DNA of 64,000 nt from a virus (taxonomy: Duplodnaviria > Caudoviricetes): positions 10,248 through 74,247 of the IMG/VR virus record IMGVR_UViG_3300020042_012680. One strand, 5' to 3'. Below are positions 28,698 through 38,182 of the stretch, in pieces. The notes beneath the pieces were generated by a model that was not told the DNA's origin, did not search any database, and worked only from the letters and a program-made list of their open reading frames with translations. The first letter of the stretch is position 1; every line of letters begins with the position of its first letter. A program made the translations under genes and the position numbers.

Positions 28698-29567
28698 TTA
28701 AATCAAAGTTGATAAGATTTCTTCTGCATCAAAGGCTTCTGGTATGTTATATTCGCACTGATGAGCTAAGCCAGAGAACTCCTTTTCCATAACTATACCA
28801 TCTATATTATGAATAAATATCTTACTTTGGTCTTTTGCAAGTATATTCTTATGTATATTATAACCTAAAATATCTGGCGATGTGCCTATCCAGCAAACAG
28901 TTGATGGAAGCATAAGGCTAGCCGCCGCATGTTGAGCAAAAGAGTCTATGAATAATCTCTTTTGACTTAAACTAATCAAACAAAATAGGTCACGAAGATT
29001 CGCATTTACTTTTTCTGTATTTTCAAATGATATCTGATCATTTCTAGCAAGATGATATATATGATATTTATCTTTTAATTTATCTACTAGATTTTTGACT
29101 AAAAATTCTGGTAAATCTCTAGCCCAATTATAATGATTTCCTTCGTTTCCTCCGCCATTAGTTTGAAGAAGTAATAATGGTTTATTTTGATTATATTTTT
29201 TTGCTAAATCAATAACTTCTGCATAATTTAAAAATAATTTAGGATTTTCTCCAGTATATTTTAATCCAAACATATTGCACCATGCTTCAATTAAATGTTT
29301 TTTTCCTACAACATATTCATTACTTTGGTATACTTCATTTCCTAAAAATATAACATCTTTATTTTTAATAAAATCTTCATAAAAATATTGAGCCGAGTTA
29401 GATCTATATACTCTATAAACATTTGGATTATTAAGAAATACTTCTGGATACGGACAGATTACGATTAATTTTCTATCTGGAAAATTTTTATTAATATTTT
29501 CAACCACAGCAGTTGCGGCTATATGCTTGCCTATTCCACCTTGAAGAAAAAATATTACTGTTTTCAT
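28698..29567 (-). CDS. GT9-family (heptosyltransferase-like) glycosyltransferase
   Basis: FFLQGGIGKHIAATAVV..INKNFPDRKLIV and LRDLFCLISLSQKRLFIDSFAQHAAASL; ATG 29567 overlaps the sulfotransferase TGA (ATGA). Confidence 0.75.
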   Translation of the reverse strand: MKTVIFFLQGGIGKHIAATAVVENINKNFPDRKLIVICPYPEVFLNNPNVYRVYRSNSAQYFYEDFIKNKDVIFLGNEVYQSNEYVVGKKHLIEAWCNMFGLKYTGENPKLFLNYAEVIDLAKKYNQNKPLLLLQTNGGGNEGNHYNWARDLPEFLVKNLVDKLKDKYHIYHLARNDQISFENTEKVNANLRDLFCLISLSQKRLFIDSFAQHAAASLMLPSTVCWIGTSPDILGYNIHKNILAKDQSKIFIHNIDGIVMEKEFSGLAHQCEYNIPEAFDAEEILSTLI

Positions 29568-30376
29568 TTTAAATTTCTCCAAAATTGTAGGTTTTTATAA
29601 GAATTTGCTATTTCTTCGCCTAGTATTTCATTTGCTTTTAAAGGAACAGGTTGAACTATGGGTCTAATTGTATGTAGATCTTTTATTCTATGGATATTAT
29701 CATCATCTTCTTTTGTGTATTGAGGCACATTATTAAAATCATGATCATAGTATTTTAATCCAAGATAATTATAAATATTTTGTATTGTTTGTTTTGGGTT
29801 CTGAGTCAGATCATCAAATTCCATAAAATATAATCTATCTTTATAGCCTCTATCTACTGCATCTTTTAATCTGTTAAAAGCATCGCCTAATGGTTGACCA
29901 GCTTCTGACCAAAGTTCTGCGCGGCCTTTTATTGTAAGAGATTTATTGTAATTATTTTGTTCTATATTCCATTGGCTTTGGCCTGTTGTTTTTCTCCAAA
30001 TACCTTCAAAAGAAGCAAGAATTTCATTGATATTTCTTACTGTGCAAATTATTTTAACGGGTCTATCTAAAACAAATTCAAGAGTTTCTATAAAAGACAA
30101 CCAACCTCGACCTTTGTCAAATATTACATTTTTATCTGTGAGATGATAAGAATTTAATACATTCTTAAGAACATTTTTTAATTGATTTCGATTTACGCCT
30201 TCTGCTTGATGTTCTGTTGTGCGATCCCATTGATTTCTAATTGAAAATAATATTTCAATACAACCGCTTGTAGCTTTATTGACAAAAAAATCTGGATTCT
30301 GAGCTAATATGTTACAAAGCAAAGTCGAACCTGATCTTGGAAGACCAGATATAAAGAATATTTGTTTATCTTGCAT
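29564..30376 (-). CDS. PAPS-dependent sulfotransferase
   Basis: FFISGLPRSGSTLLCNILAQNP 5'-PSB loop; FDKGRGW; KIICTVRNINEILAS 3'-PB motif. Start moved to ATG 30376. Confidence 0.88.
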   Translation of the reverse strand: MQDKQIFFISGLPRSGSTLLCNILAQNPDFFVNKATSGCIEILFSIRNQWDRTTEHQAEGVNRNQLKNVLKNVLNSYHLTDKNVIFDKGRGWLSFIETLEFVLDRPVKIICTVRNINEILASFEGIWRKTTGQSQWNIEQNNYNKSLTIKGRAELWSEAGQPLGDAFNRLKDAVDRGYKDRLYFMEFDDLTQNPKQTIQNIYNYLGLKYYDHDFNNVPQYTKEDDDNIHRIKDLHTIRPIVQPVPLKANEILGEEIANSYKNLQFWRNLK

Positions 30377-30385
30377 TACAATATA

Positions 30386-30413
30386 ATTATAATGCAAGAA
30401 ATAAATTTATCTA
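30386..30413 (-). promoter_or_regulatory. TAGATA-N16-TATAAT promoter-like element overlapped by a 9-bp inverted repeat
   Basis: TAGATA 30413-30408, TATAAT 30391-30386; CTTGCATTA (30370-30378) / TAATGCAAG (30390-30398). Confidence 0.5.
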
Positions 30414-30451
30414 GTAAAGATTAATATAATTTATTTTTAAATTAATTAAAT

Positions 30452-31987
30452 TTACCAGGCAAAGCCACTAAATCTTTTCCAAGTATTATCTTGTACGCAT
30501 ACATATAAATAATTTGAATCCCAACTTATATCACCTCTTAATCCCGTAGATGCTGAAGATGCTATAGTCCTTGAGTGATTAATATTAATTTTATTAGATA
30601 ATATTAATGGAGGATTATTTATTAATAAATTATTATATCCAGAGTAATTCAAATGAGAAAGATAAACCTTACTACTAGATACTGTTACTGTTGCAGGAGG
30701 AAATCCGCAACTAACTGCATATAGATTAGCAAGCTGTGTTTGACTATTACCAGGAATGTAATATCTAAATGAAGTAATTGAAGTTACTTCATTTACAGCA
30801 TATGTTCCATTTAATAAGCTATCATTGCAACCCGCAGTTTTTAATCCTGCCACTATAACCGTGTCTCCAGCTCTATAACCATGTGGAGAAAATGTTGTTA
30901 TATTGATTGGATTTGTCCCTCCTGCTGATTTTTGAATAGCGGCAATTTGTAATGGAATAGAATTAACATTAGTGGCGGTCGTAGAATCTAGCTGGAAATC
31001 ACCGTTAATTAAATTTATCCCAGAACTATTTATTCTTGTTCCAGCGCTCGAAGAATTATTAATAACAATAGTGGAATTTGACATAGAAATATCTAAGCCT
31101 GATATTAATAATTTATCAATATTATTTAGATCAAGAGAATTAGTAGAAATACCATTTCCAGAAACGATAATACCAGTAGCAAAAGTTTTGATTCCAGAAA
31201 TAGTTTGATTGCCAAATGTTAATACTGAAACTCCACTTAAATTATTGATTTTAGTATTTAAAGTTGAACCAGTTGAAGCGAGGTTAGCTGAAGTAGCATA
31301 TAAAGTTGAAGATCCAGTTAATACTTGGTTGCCGCTAAGTAAAATATTTCCAGTTACATTTAAATTACCAACTATATTTGTATTATCAAAAATATTTAAA
31401 GCACCAGAACCATTAATGTTTATGTTATTACCTGTAATTACTACATCTCTTAAAATTCCACTTTGAGATTGTTGAGAACCAATTATAAATTGATTATTTC
31501 TCCATCCAATTAATCCAAATTCGCCGCTGTTAATTCCTGTGCTATTGAATATTCTTAAACTTTGAGGACTTGTTTCACTATAAATATCTATCCCAGAAGT
31601 AAATGTTTTTAAACCGTTGATGGTTTGATTGCCAAATGTTAATACAGAAACTCCACTCAGATTATTTATTTTATTATCAAGAGTTGAACCAGTAGAAGCC
31701 AGATTAACTGAAGTTGCATACAAAGTTGAAGATCCAGTTAGTACTGCGTTTCCATTAACAAAAAGCCCACTAGTAAAATTACCACTTCCATAAACTGTAA
31801 AATTATTACCAGAAATAACTAAAAAGTCACCTTGCGCCGAGTCACCAAATGTTGTATCTTGTATGAAAGTTTTAGTTCCAGAGATAGTTTGATCGCCAGT
31901 ATTATATACAAGATTTGGAGCAATTACTTCGTGAGAAAATATTCCCGTGCGACTTACAAGAGTTTTCGCTTTAAATATATTTGCCAC
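30452..31987 (-). CDS. Tail fibre-like structural protein with internal duplication
   Basis: Two ~50-aa copies of GNxVLTGSSTLYATSxNLASTGSTL..KINNLSGVSVLTFGNQTI.G.KTF; TFSPHGYRAGDTV domain; terminal RGDISWDSNYLYVC module; GTG start with AAGGA SD. Confidence 0.7.
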   Translation of the reverse strand: MANIFKAKTLVSRTGIFSHEVIAPNLVYNTGDQTISGTKTFIQDTTFGDSAQGDFLVISGNNFTVYGSGNFTSGLFVNGNAVLTGSSTLYATSVNLASTGSTLDNKINNLSGVSVLTFGNQTINGLKTFTSGIDIYSETSPQSLRIFNSTGINSGEFGLIGWRNNQFIIGSQQSQSGILRDVVITGNNININGSGALNIFDNTNIVGNLNVTGNILLSGNQVLTGSSTLYATSANLASTGSTLNTKINNLSGVSVLTFGNQTISGIKTFATGIIVSGNGISTNSLDLNNIDKLLISGLDISMSNSTIVINNSSSAGTRINSSGINLINGDFQLDSTTATNVNSIPLQIAAIQKSAGGTNPINITTFSPHGYRAGDTVIVAGLKTAGCNDSLLNGTYAVNEVTSITSFRYYIPGNSQTQLANLYAVSCGFPPATVTVSSSKVYLSHLNYSGYNNLLINNPPLILSNKININHSRTIASSASTGLRGDISWDSNYLYVCVQDNTWKRFSGFAW

Positions 31988-32085
31988 TTTTTATTCCTTT
32001 TATTAGCTTTCGCTAAATTGCTGCTTTTAGGGCAGACTAAAGAGTAAAAGAATTATTAATTCTGTTATTCTAGCAAATATTACAC
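31988..32085 (-). promoter_or_regulatory. GTGTAA motif plus a 92-nt structured 5' leader
   Basis: Motif 32080-32085; hairpins CTGC-N7-GCAG and TTAGC-GAAA-GCTAA; TTCTTTTA complementary to the SD region TAAAAGGA. Confidence 0.45.
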
Positions 32086-32093
32086 TAGATTAT

Positions 32094-32798
32094 TTATTGT
32101 GTGGAAGCGAAAGTATGGATTTTTGCGCCAGCTTCTAAAATATTATCAGAAAGTAATCCTGTATATCCACCAGACGTAATAGATCTAATAGATAAATTAT
32201 ACATAACATCTGAATTTTGGTCTACTTCTAATGTAGCTTGTACTTTTGGTATTGTGTTGTATGGAAATGGTACTGGATAAATAACTGCATATGCATCTGA
32301 TCCAGCATCTAATGTTTTTGTAAATACTTGATTACTAGATTTTGCAACAAATTGTGCATTTGCCCAACCACTATAAGCTGTATTATACTCAGAAAGAGCT
32401 TTACCAGTTCCAAATAAATTATTTTTAGTAGCAAAAGTATCAATGTAATATGAGCCACTTTGATCTAAACGAGCAGAAAGACTATCTGTAATAGCTTTAA
32501 AATATCCACTATTGCCTACTACTTTAATTTCCCCAAGACCAACATCTACTTCTATAGTAACTCCATCTCCACCAGTTATATAAAGATCGCCTTGTAAATT
32601 ATTTAATTTACTAACATCTGCATTGGCTGTGTTAATTAAGCCTTGCAAATAGCCACTAATTCCAGTAAGTTCACTGTAATAAGCTAATCCACTCCCTTGA
32701 AATCCTAAACGTAACGAAGAGCTATTATCGTAGGCACTTCCTTGAATAGGAGTAACATTGTATCCGCTGAGTCTAATATGTTTAAATGCGCTTATCAT
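32094..32798 (-). CDS. Structural (fibre/collar-like) protein
   Basis: SG(Y/F)-rich with VSKLNNLQGDL fibre motif; late motif and AAGGA SD upstream. Confidence 0.5.
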   Translation of the reverse strand: MISAFKHIRLSGYNVTPIQGSAYDNSSSLRLGFQGSGLAYYSELTGISGYLQGLINTANADVSKLNNLQGDLYITGGDGVTIEVDVGLGEIKVVGNSGYFKAITDSLSARLDQSGSYYIDTFATKNNLFGTGKALSEYNTAYSGWANAQFVAKSSNQVFTKTLDAGSDAYAVIYPVPFPYNTIPKVQATLEVDQNSDVMYNLSIRSITSGGYTGLLSDNILEAGAKIHTFASTQ

Positions 32799-32835
32799 AA
32801 ATTTTTAATTCCTTTTATATTATTACACATTTTTT

Positions 32836-33390
32836 TTATTTTTTAACTTGAATATTTAAAAAATATCCATTATTTAATAGAGTATCACTAAAATTAATAT
32901 TAAAACCATTAACATCTATATTTCCTATAGTAAAATAATAGGCCATATCATCAACTATATTTTGAAACGCACAAGTCACAGCTTTAGGATTAGAAGCAAG
33001 CTGTTGCGGGAAATTAATAGTATAACTATCAGATCCTGGCGCAAGACTAGCTTTATATCCAATTATGTTCTCTGCTTCAAAGTATCCACTAAGCGGCGCA
33101 GCATTTATCGTTATTGATTTAAGGTTTTGAGAATTATCTGTTAATACATTTATACCTGTTTGACCAATAAATTTTAATGATTCTATACCAGTTGGGATTA
33201 AATCTGACTGACCATCCACTTTAATGGTTTTAAATTGATTTAGTGGGCCTTCTGGACCTTGTGGACCTTGTGGACCTTCTGCGCCTTGTGCGCCTGGAAT
33301 AAAAACATTTGCATCTCCTTGCAGACTTGGTGAAAATACATCTGCTGCAATTTGAGATGGTAGAATAACATCTACATTTATTTCTGACAT
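32836..33390 (-). CDS. Structural protein with short collagen-like segment
   Basis: GAQGAEGPQGPQGPEGP; C-terminal domain resembles that of 32094-32798. Confidence 0.55.
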   Translation of the reverse strand: MSEINVDVILPSQIAADVFSPSLQGDANVFIPGAQGAEGPQGPQGPEGPLNQFKTIKVDGQSDLIPTGIESLKFIGQTGINVLTDNSQNLKSITINAAPLSGYFEAENIIGYKASLAPGSDSYTINFPQQLASNPKAVTCAFQNIVDDMAYYFTIGNIDVNGFNINFSDTLLNNGYFLNIQVKK

Positions 33391-33394
33391 AAAA

Positions 33395-33769
33395 TTAAAA
33401 AGCTGTTACTTCTGGACTTACAATAAACTTTCCTCTGATTAATTTAATGCTATTTCCAGCAGGAATGTTATAAGGAAATCTTTCAATATCATATACAAAT
33501 GTGCCAACTGGTAAATAGGTTGTTAAGCTTGAGTCTACGCTTATATTTACTATGCCAGAAGCGAGGTTTGATCCGTTTATCCCAGAATTAATAACTGGAT
33601 TCAAATTTAAAATAACTTGATCGTATCCAGTATAACCATAGGAATATTTTACAACACCTCGAACATCATAACCGCTTAAATTTATTGGGTTGCTATTTGA
33701 ATCTTTTATTCTTAAACTTAATTGTAAATGATCGCCTTGAATTGTATTTATGTTATATGAAGTAGCCAT
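33395..33769 (-). CDS. BppU-N-like small structural protein
   Basis: IQGDHLQLSLRIKDSNSNPINLSGY...GTFVYDIE...GKFIVSPEVT pattern. Confidence 0.55.
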   Translation of the reverse strand: MATSYNINTIQGDHLQLSLRIKDSNSNPINLSGYDVRGVVKYSYGYTGYDQVILNLNPVINSGINGSNLASGIVNISVDSSLTTYLPVGTFVYDIERFPYNIPAGNSIKLIRGKFIVSPEVTAF

Positions 33770-33800
33770 ACAACAAATTACACGAACAATTAAAAATTAA

Positions 33801-35957
33801 TTAATAAAAGAATGGAATATAAATCGTACCAAATGATGAAGTGCTAACAGACATATATCCTGATGTAGCTATTCTGAGGTTAACTCCAAAGTTATTACTT
33901 GTTCCTGTATATAATCTACTACCATCTCTAAATCCAGTAGCATACCATCCACTTTGAGGGGTTCTATTAAATGGAGTAATATCATTTTTATAGTAAACTC
34001 CAGAAGTCGAGTTATCAACAACTAACCATGCTGGAGAGAATTTAGGACTAGTATGATTACCATATATAATATTAAATCCACTAACACCTGTATAAGAGGT
34101 TGGGCCGAATATATTAAATTTATTTAAAAACAAACTAGAAACTCCACTAGCTTCCCCAGCAGCAGATGTTAAAGTATTAGATGCTCCAGTTTTATAATTA
34201 AAACTTGGTAAAAATACCTTATTAGACAATTTATCGTAATATGAATCTTGAAATGTATTTGTTGAGAATGTTGGCCCATTTTGTTTTAATGAATCTGCCA
34301 TAGTATCAAATTCGCTTTGAATTATAATATTTTCACCATTAATTTTTGGTCTAGTTACAGAATCAAGTCTTATTTCAGATGGATTAATTTCTATTTTAGA
34401 ATCAGCGGCTGCTAAAGAAATTGTTGCTGTTTTATTTGCTCCTGTTGGCGTATAATTAATTCCAATAAATATAGAATTATAATCTCCAGACCTTACTTCG
34501 TTATTATTTCCAATAACATAATTTTGAGAACCAGAAATAGAATTACTTTGTCCAAATACATATGAATTAAATGCTTTGCTTGCTATATTTTCATTACCAA
34601 TTATGTAACTATTATAACTATCTAGCCCAATATTAGATTCACCAAATGTAAATAAATTTTCGTTATTCTTGCCATAATTCGATCTGCCAAATATATACAA
34701 ATTTTTTCCAGCTAACCCCGTAGTAGGCAATAGATTAGCTCCTGTATTTAAGTATCCTTGACCGTTAGATTCGCCAACTATGATACCATTTAACAATCCA
34801 CTTACATCATTACCTTTACCAATAACAGTTATAGCAAAGGAATTATTTAAATTGTTTACTTCACCAATACTAGTAGAATCTGTTAATCCTTTGATTTCAG
34901 AAAAGTTTCCAAAAAAGTTTAGATTAGTAGAATTACTAATTAAATTATCATCTCCAATAATATGAGATTCTTTATTTAGAGTAGATTCATTATCCCTACC
35001 CAAAATATAGTTCCTATCATCTCCTGTAGATAAGTTATTTTCGCCTATTAGATATACTTTGGAAGAGTCAAAAATCTCGCTATCGACACCTAAAAGGGTA
35101 TTTTTATATGTATAATCTAGGGTATTATATGTGCCAATAACTATATCATGAAATGCTTCATTAATAGAAAGATTTTTGCCAATTGCATTTATTTGACTTG
35201 ATTTTTCTAAAAATATATTTTCTCCAAGTACCACAGCATCTGTAACTGATTTAATTGAATTTGCTTCTCCAAAAACTTTTACTCCAGTAGTATTCACGCT
35301 CTTATTTCCCCAACCAATATTATATGTATCTTGAGACTTTGGGTTGTTTAAACCGCTTATTAAATTACTAAAACCTAAATTTAAATTATTATATGTGCCA
35401 TTTGTAGTTTGATTACTATCGCCAATAGATATTGATAATTGAGCTGAGTCAATTTTATTATTAAACCCAAATATGTTTGAAGAATCAGATTTATTTAAAG
35501 TATTTAATCCTCCCAATATATAACTTTTAGTTTGTAGTCCACTGCTTGCATTATTATCAATCCCAAGCATATTAGCTCTTGACCCGCTAAAGTTTCGATT
35601 GTTAAGACCTAAATTTATTTGGTTTTGTAAAAAAGATCCTGCTGAACGAATATCACCTTTAAACTCATGTCCACTAAATGTATTTAGATTTTCAATCTTA
35701 TAGGAAAATGGTTCTGAAAAGAACCCGTATCCAGTGAAATTTATATTGCCATTTGCGCCCGTACCATAACCAGTTACTTGTAAACCTGTAACAGTACCTG
35801 TCTCTACATAACTATACCCAGTAGTTTGTGTAAATTTTGGAAGATCTCTAAAATAACTATTTTCAGAGAGACTTTTAGCAAGAGCAGTTAAATTTGTCTC
35901 TAAGTATCCATTTCCAGATTTATTAACACGTTGAAGATAAAAAGCATCAGGAATCAT
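33801..35957 (-). CDS. Trimeric beta-roll (YadA-head-like) fibre/adhesin
   Basis: Long run of ~14-aa S-x-(I/V)-(F/I)-G-x-x-N repeats. Confidence 0.65.
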   Translation of the reverse strand: MIPDAFYLQRVNKSGNGYLETNLTALAKSLSENSYFRDLPKFTQTTGYSYVETGTVTGLQVTGYGTGANGNINFTGYGFFSEPFSYKIENLNTFSGHEFKGDIRSAGSFLQNQINLGLNNRNFSGSRANMLGIDNNASSGLQTKSYILGGLNTLNKSDSSNIFGFNNKIDSAQLSISIGDSNQTTNGTYNNLNLGFSNLISGLNNPKSQDTYNIGWGNKSVNTTGVKVFGEANSIKSVTDAVVLGENIFLEKSSQINAIGKNLSINEAFHDIVIGTYNTLDYTYKNTLLGVDSEIFDSSKVYLIGENNLSTGDDRNYILGRDNESTLNKESHIIGDDNLISNSTNLNFFGNFSEIKGLTDSTSIGEVNNLNNSFAITVIGKGNDVSGLLNGIIVGESNGQGYLNTGANLLPTTGLAGKNLYIFGRSNYGKNNENLFTFGESNIGLDSYNSYIIGNENIASKAFNSYVFGQSNSISGSQNYVIGNNNEVRSGDYNSIFIGINYTPTGANKTATISLAAADSKIEINPSEIRLDSVTRPKINGENIIIQSEFDTMADSLKQNGPTFSTNTFQDSYYDKLSNKVFLPSFNYKTGASNTLTSAAGEASGVSSLFLNKFNIFGPTSYTGVSGFNIIYGNHTSPKFSPAWLVVDNSTSGVYYKNDITPFNRTPQSGWYATGFRDGSRLYTGTSNNFGVNLRIATSGYMSVSTSSFGTIYIPFFY

Positions 35958-35995
35958 TACTAGATATTACACGACAAATTATTTTAATATAAAAA

Positions 35996-36343
35996 TTATT
36001 TTCCTTCAGATAAAATATTTTTTGCTTCTTTATTTAGCTCTGTATTATCTTCTTTGTTTTTTGGAACTTTATAAAGAGAAGTAAATTTTCTAAATTCAGC
36101 TATTAATCTTTTTGTTATTGTTTCGCGATTATCTACTGGAATTAAGCCTATTTTTCTTGCATGAGTTTGTAAGTCGCTTTTATTAAGGTCATTTAAATAT
36201 TCCATATACTTTGACTCGTCTAACGTCTTATACTTGGTTGAACCATCTTCTCCCCAGATTTGTTCTAGGCTTTTATATTGAATATCCTCTAATTTTCCGT
36301 GGGTCTGAGAAAGGTCTTCTAATTTTTTTCTTTGTTTTGGCAT
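35996..36343 (-). CDS. Hypothetical basic protein
   Basis: 115-aa ORF with AAGGAG SD and its own promoter-like element. Confidence 0.65.
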   Translation of the reverse strand: MPKQRKKLEDLSQTHGKLEDIQYKSLEQIWGEDGSTKYKTLDESKYMEYLNDLNKSDLQTHARKIGLIPVDNRETITKRLIAEFRKFTSLYKVPKNKEDNTELNKEAKNILSEGK

Positions 36344-36359
36344 ATTATCTCCTTAATAT

Positions 36360-36387
36360 ATTATAAATCTAGCACATGTAATATCTA
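36360..36387 (-). promoter_or_regulatory. TAGATA-N16-TATAAT promoter-like element
   Basis: TAGATA 36387-36382, TATAAT 36365-36360, just downstream of the capsid terminator. Confidence 0.5.
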
Positions 36388-36399
36388 ATATTTTTAAAC

Positions 36400-36437
36400 A
36401 AAAAAAGACCCAGCAGGGATTATCCTGCTGGGCCTTT
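36400..36437 (-). terminator. Rho-independent terminator after the major capsid gene
   Basis: CCCAGCAGG (36409-36417) / CCTGCTGGG (36424-36432) stem followed on the minus strand by TCTTTTTTT. Confidence 0.85.
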
Positions 36438-36456
36438 AAATTTAATCTAATTTAAC

Positions 36457-37527
36457 TTAGATTTTGATACCAACGATTGCGCGAGCATCGATACAAACGC
36501 GACCTTCTTCGAGAGAACCGTAGAAACCAGTTTTCTCAGAACGGCCAGCGAATTGATCATCTGGAAGAACACTAAATGTTGAACCAGAATCAGCATTGCG
36601 AGCGATTGGACGAATAAACGCTTCTTTGCTTAGATCAAGACCGATTGCCAATTCATCAGCACCAGCATTGAAGGTATAAGAGCCTTTGAATGCACTAAAG
36701 AGTGCATTGTATTTAGCATTTACGCCTAGTTCTACTAGCTCATGAATTGTTACTCCATAGAGTGATTCTGTGCCAGCACCACGATAGATCTCTTCACGAA
36801 CACCAGCTGGAAGATCTGTTTTTGTACTTCCACCAATTGGGTTATAAGCAAAAGCACGAATTTCTGCTTTAACTTCTGGGCTAACAAATAGATCTGTTAA
36901 TCCATAACTATCAGATGTGGTTCCACCAGCATAAGAAGTATTAATTCTTTTTACTAGTGTCATTAGAGTGTTAAGATCGCCTAGATTAAATGTTCCTGGT
37001 GTTGAAGCAGAAACAATGTGGTTAGGGGTTGCTGAACCAACACTTTTTGCTTCGGCAAGAGCTTTAAGAACTACTGCCCAAGCGTTGCGCTCTTGTTTAA
37101 CAAGAACTTCGTTGCTCATTCTCTCAACAGCTTTGCTTACTACATCAATACGACCGCGACGAGCATAGCGCTTTAAAAAGCTAACTGCTGCGTCCAAGCG
37201 GTAAGTAGAGACTTTTAGTTCGCTAAAACCTTCTACTGCAGAAGAAGGAAGACCACCTGCTACATTTTGACTCCAAACTGTAACATAATCTTGTCCACCT
37301 TGATCGTGCCATAGGTCCAAAGGAAGACTAGGATTATCGTCTTCATCATATGGTGCATCGCTATAAATAGCGCTTGCTGTTCCAGCTTGCATTAGCACTT
37401 TGCTAACAACTGGACCAATAAATGCTGCAAAAGCTTCAGTTGCTTCGCGAGCTACGGTAAGATCTCTGCTGCCCATAGCTTTTACGAGCTCAACTTGCTC
37501 TGGTGTATTTTTTAGTTTAATTTTCAT
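36457..37527 (-). CDS. Major capsid protein (HK97 fold)
   Basis: 356 aa; downstream of protease-scaffold and decoration genes; AAGGA SD and strong terminator; backbone-helix-like segment DVVSKAVERMSNEVLVKQERNAWAVV. Confidence 0.8.
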   Translation of the reverse strand: MKIKLKNTPEQVELVKAMGSRDLTVAREATEAFAAFIGPVVSKVLMQAGTASAIYSDAPYDEDDNPSLPLDLWHDQGGQDYVTVWSQNVAGGLPSSAVEGFSELKVSTYRLDAAVSFLKRYARRGRIDVVSKAVERMSNEVLVKQERNAWAVVLKALAEAKSVGSATPNHIVSASTPGTFNLGDLNTLMTLVKRINTSYAGGTTSDSYGLTDLFVSPEVKAEIRAFAYNPIGGSTKTDLPAGVREEIYRGAGTESLYGVTIHELVELGVNAKYNALFSAFKGSYTFNAGADELAIGLDLSKEAFIRPIARNADSGSTFSVLPDDQFAGRSEKTGFYGSLEEGRVCIDARAIVGIKI

Positions 37528-37547
37528 TTTATATTTTTTTCCTTAAA

Positions 37548-38168
37548 TTAGAAGTTAAGCTTAACTAAAGCGATACCATTTACTGGTTTGCTTAGTAAAG
37601 TTCCAACTTTATTAGCAGGTGTAGCACCATTTCTAGTGCTGTCTACTGTGCTAAGTTCTCCAGCGTTCAAGTTGCTGATGAAAACTCCATCGCCAACATT
37701 AGCGCTAGCAGAAATTTCAGTTCCGCTATAGACTACAACGCCTTTAGTGAGAACTGGAACTCCTTGACCACTAATTACAACGCCTTTTTCAGCGGCTTTG
37801 CGTGGATTGAAAACTAGTTTTTCACCGTTTTCATCAAGTTCTTGAGTGCTCATTAGAGTAATACCAAGAGGGGCAGAACCAGAATTGGCTGCTTGAACTT
37901 TAGCTGTTAAAACATAACGGTTAGAAACAACATTTGATAATCCAGGGATGGAAAGTGTTCCGCCTAGATCAACTGGTATTGTTCCAAGAAAACCGGTTCC
38001 ACCACCAAGAGTAGAATCTGCTACTGGTTGAAAACCGTTTCCTGCTACTTTAACTACTGTGCCTGCGGTTGCAATAACGCCATTAGCGTCTTGTGCACCA
38101 TCAAAAGCAAATAGATTGATTACATCGTGTTCGCTGTAATCTCTGTATGGTCTGAGTGTATGTGCCAT
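37548..38168 (-). CDS. Probable capsid decoration/cement protein
   Basis: Gly-rich beta protein between scaffold and MCP; AGGAG SD. Confidence 0.55.
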   Translation of the reverse strand: MAHTLRPYRDYSEHDVINLFAFDGAQDANGVIATAGTVVKVAGNGFQPVADSTLGGGTGFLGTIPVDLGGTLSIPGLSNVVSNRYVLTAKVQAANSGSAPLGITLMSTQELDENGEKLVFNPRKAAEKGVVISGQGVPVLTKGVVVYSGTEISASANVGDGVFISNLNAGELSTVDSTRNGATPANKVGTLLSKPVNGIALVKLNF

Positions 38169-38182
38169 ATATTTATTTCTCC

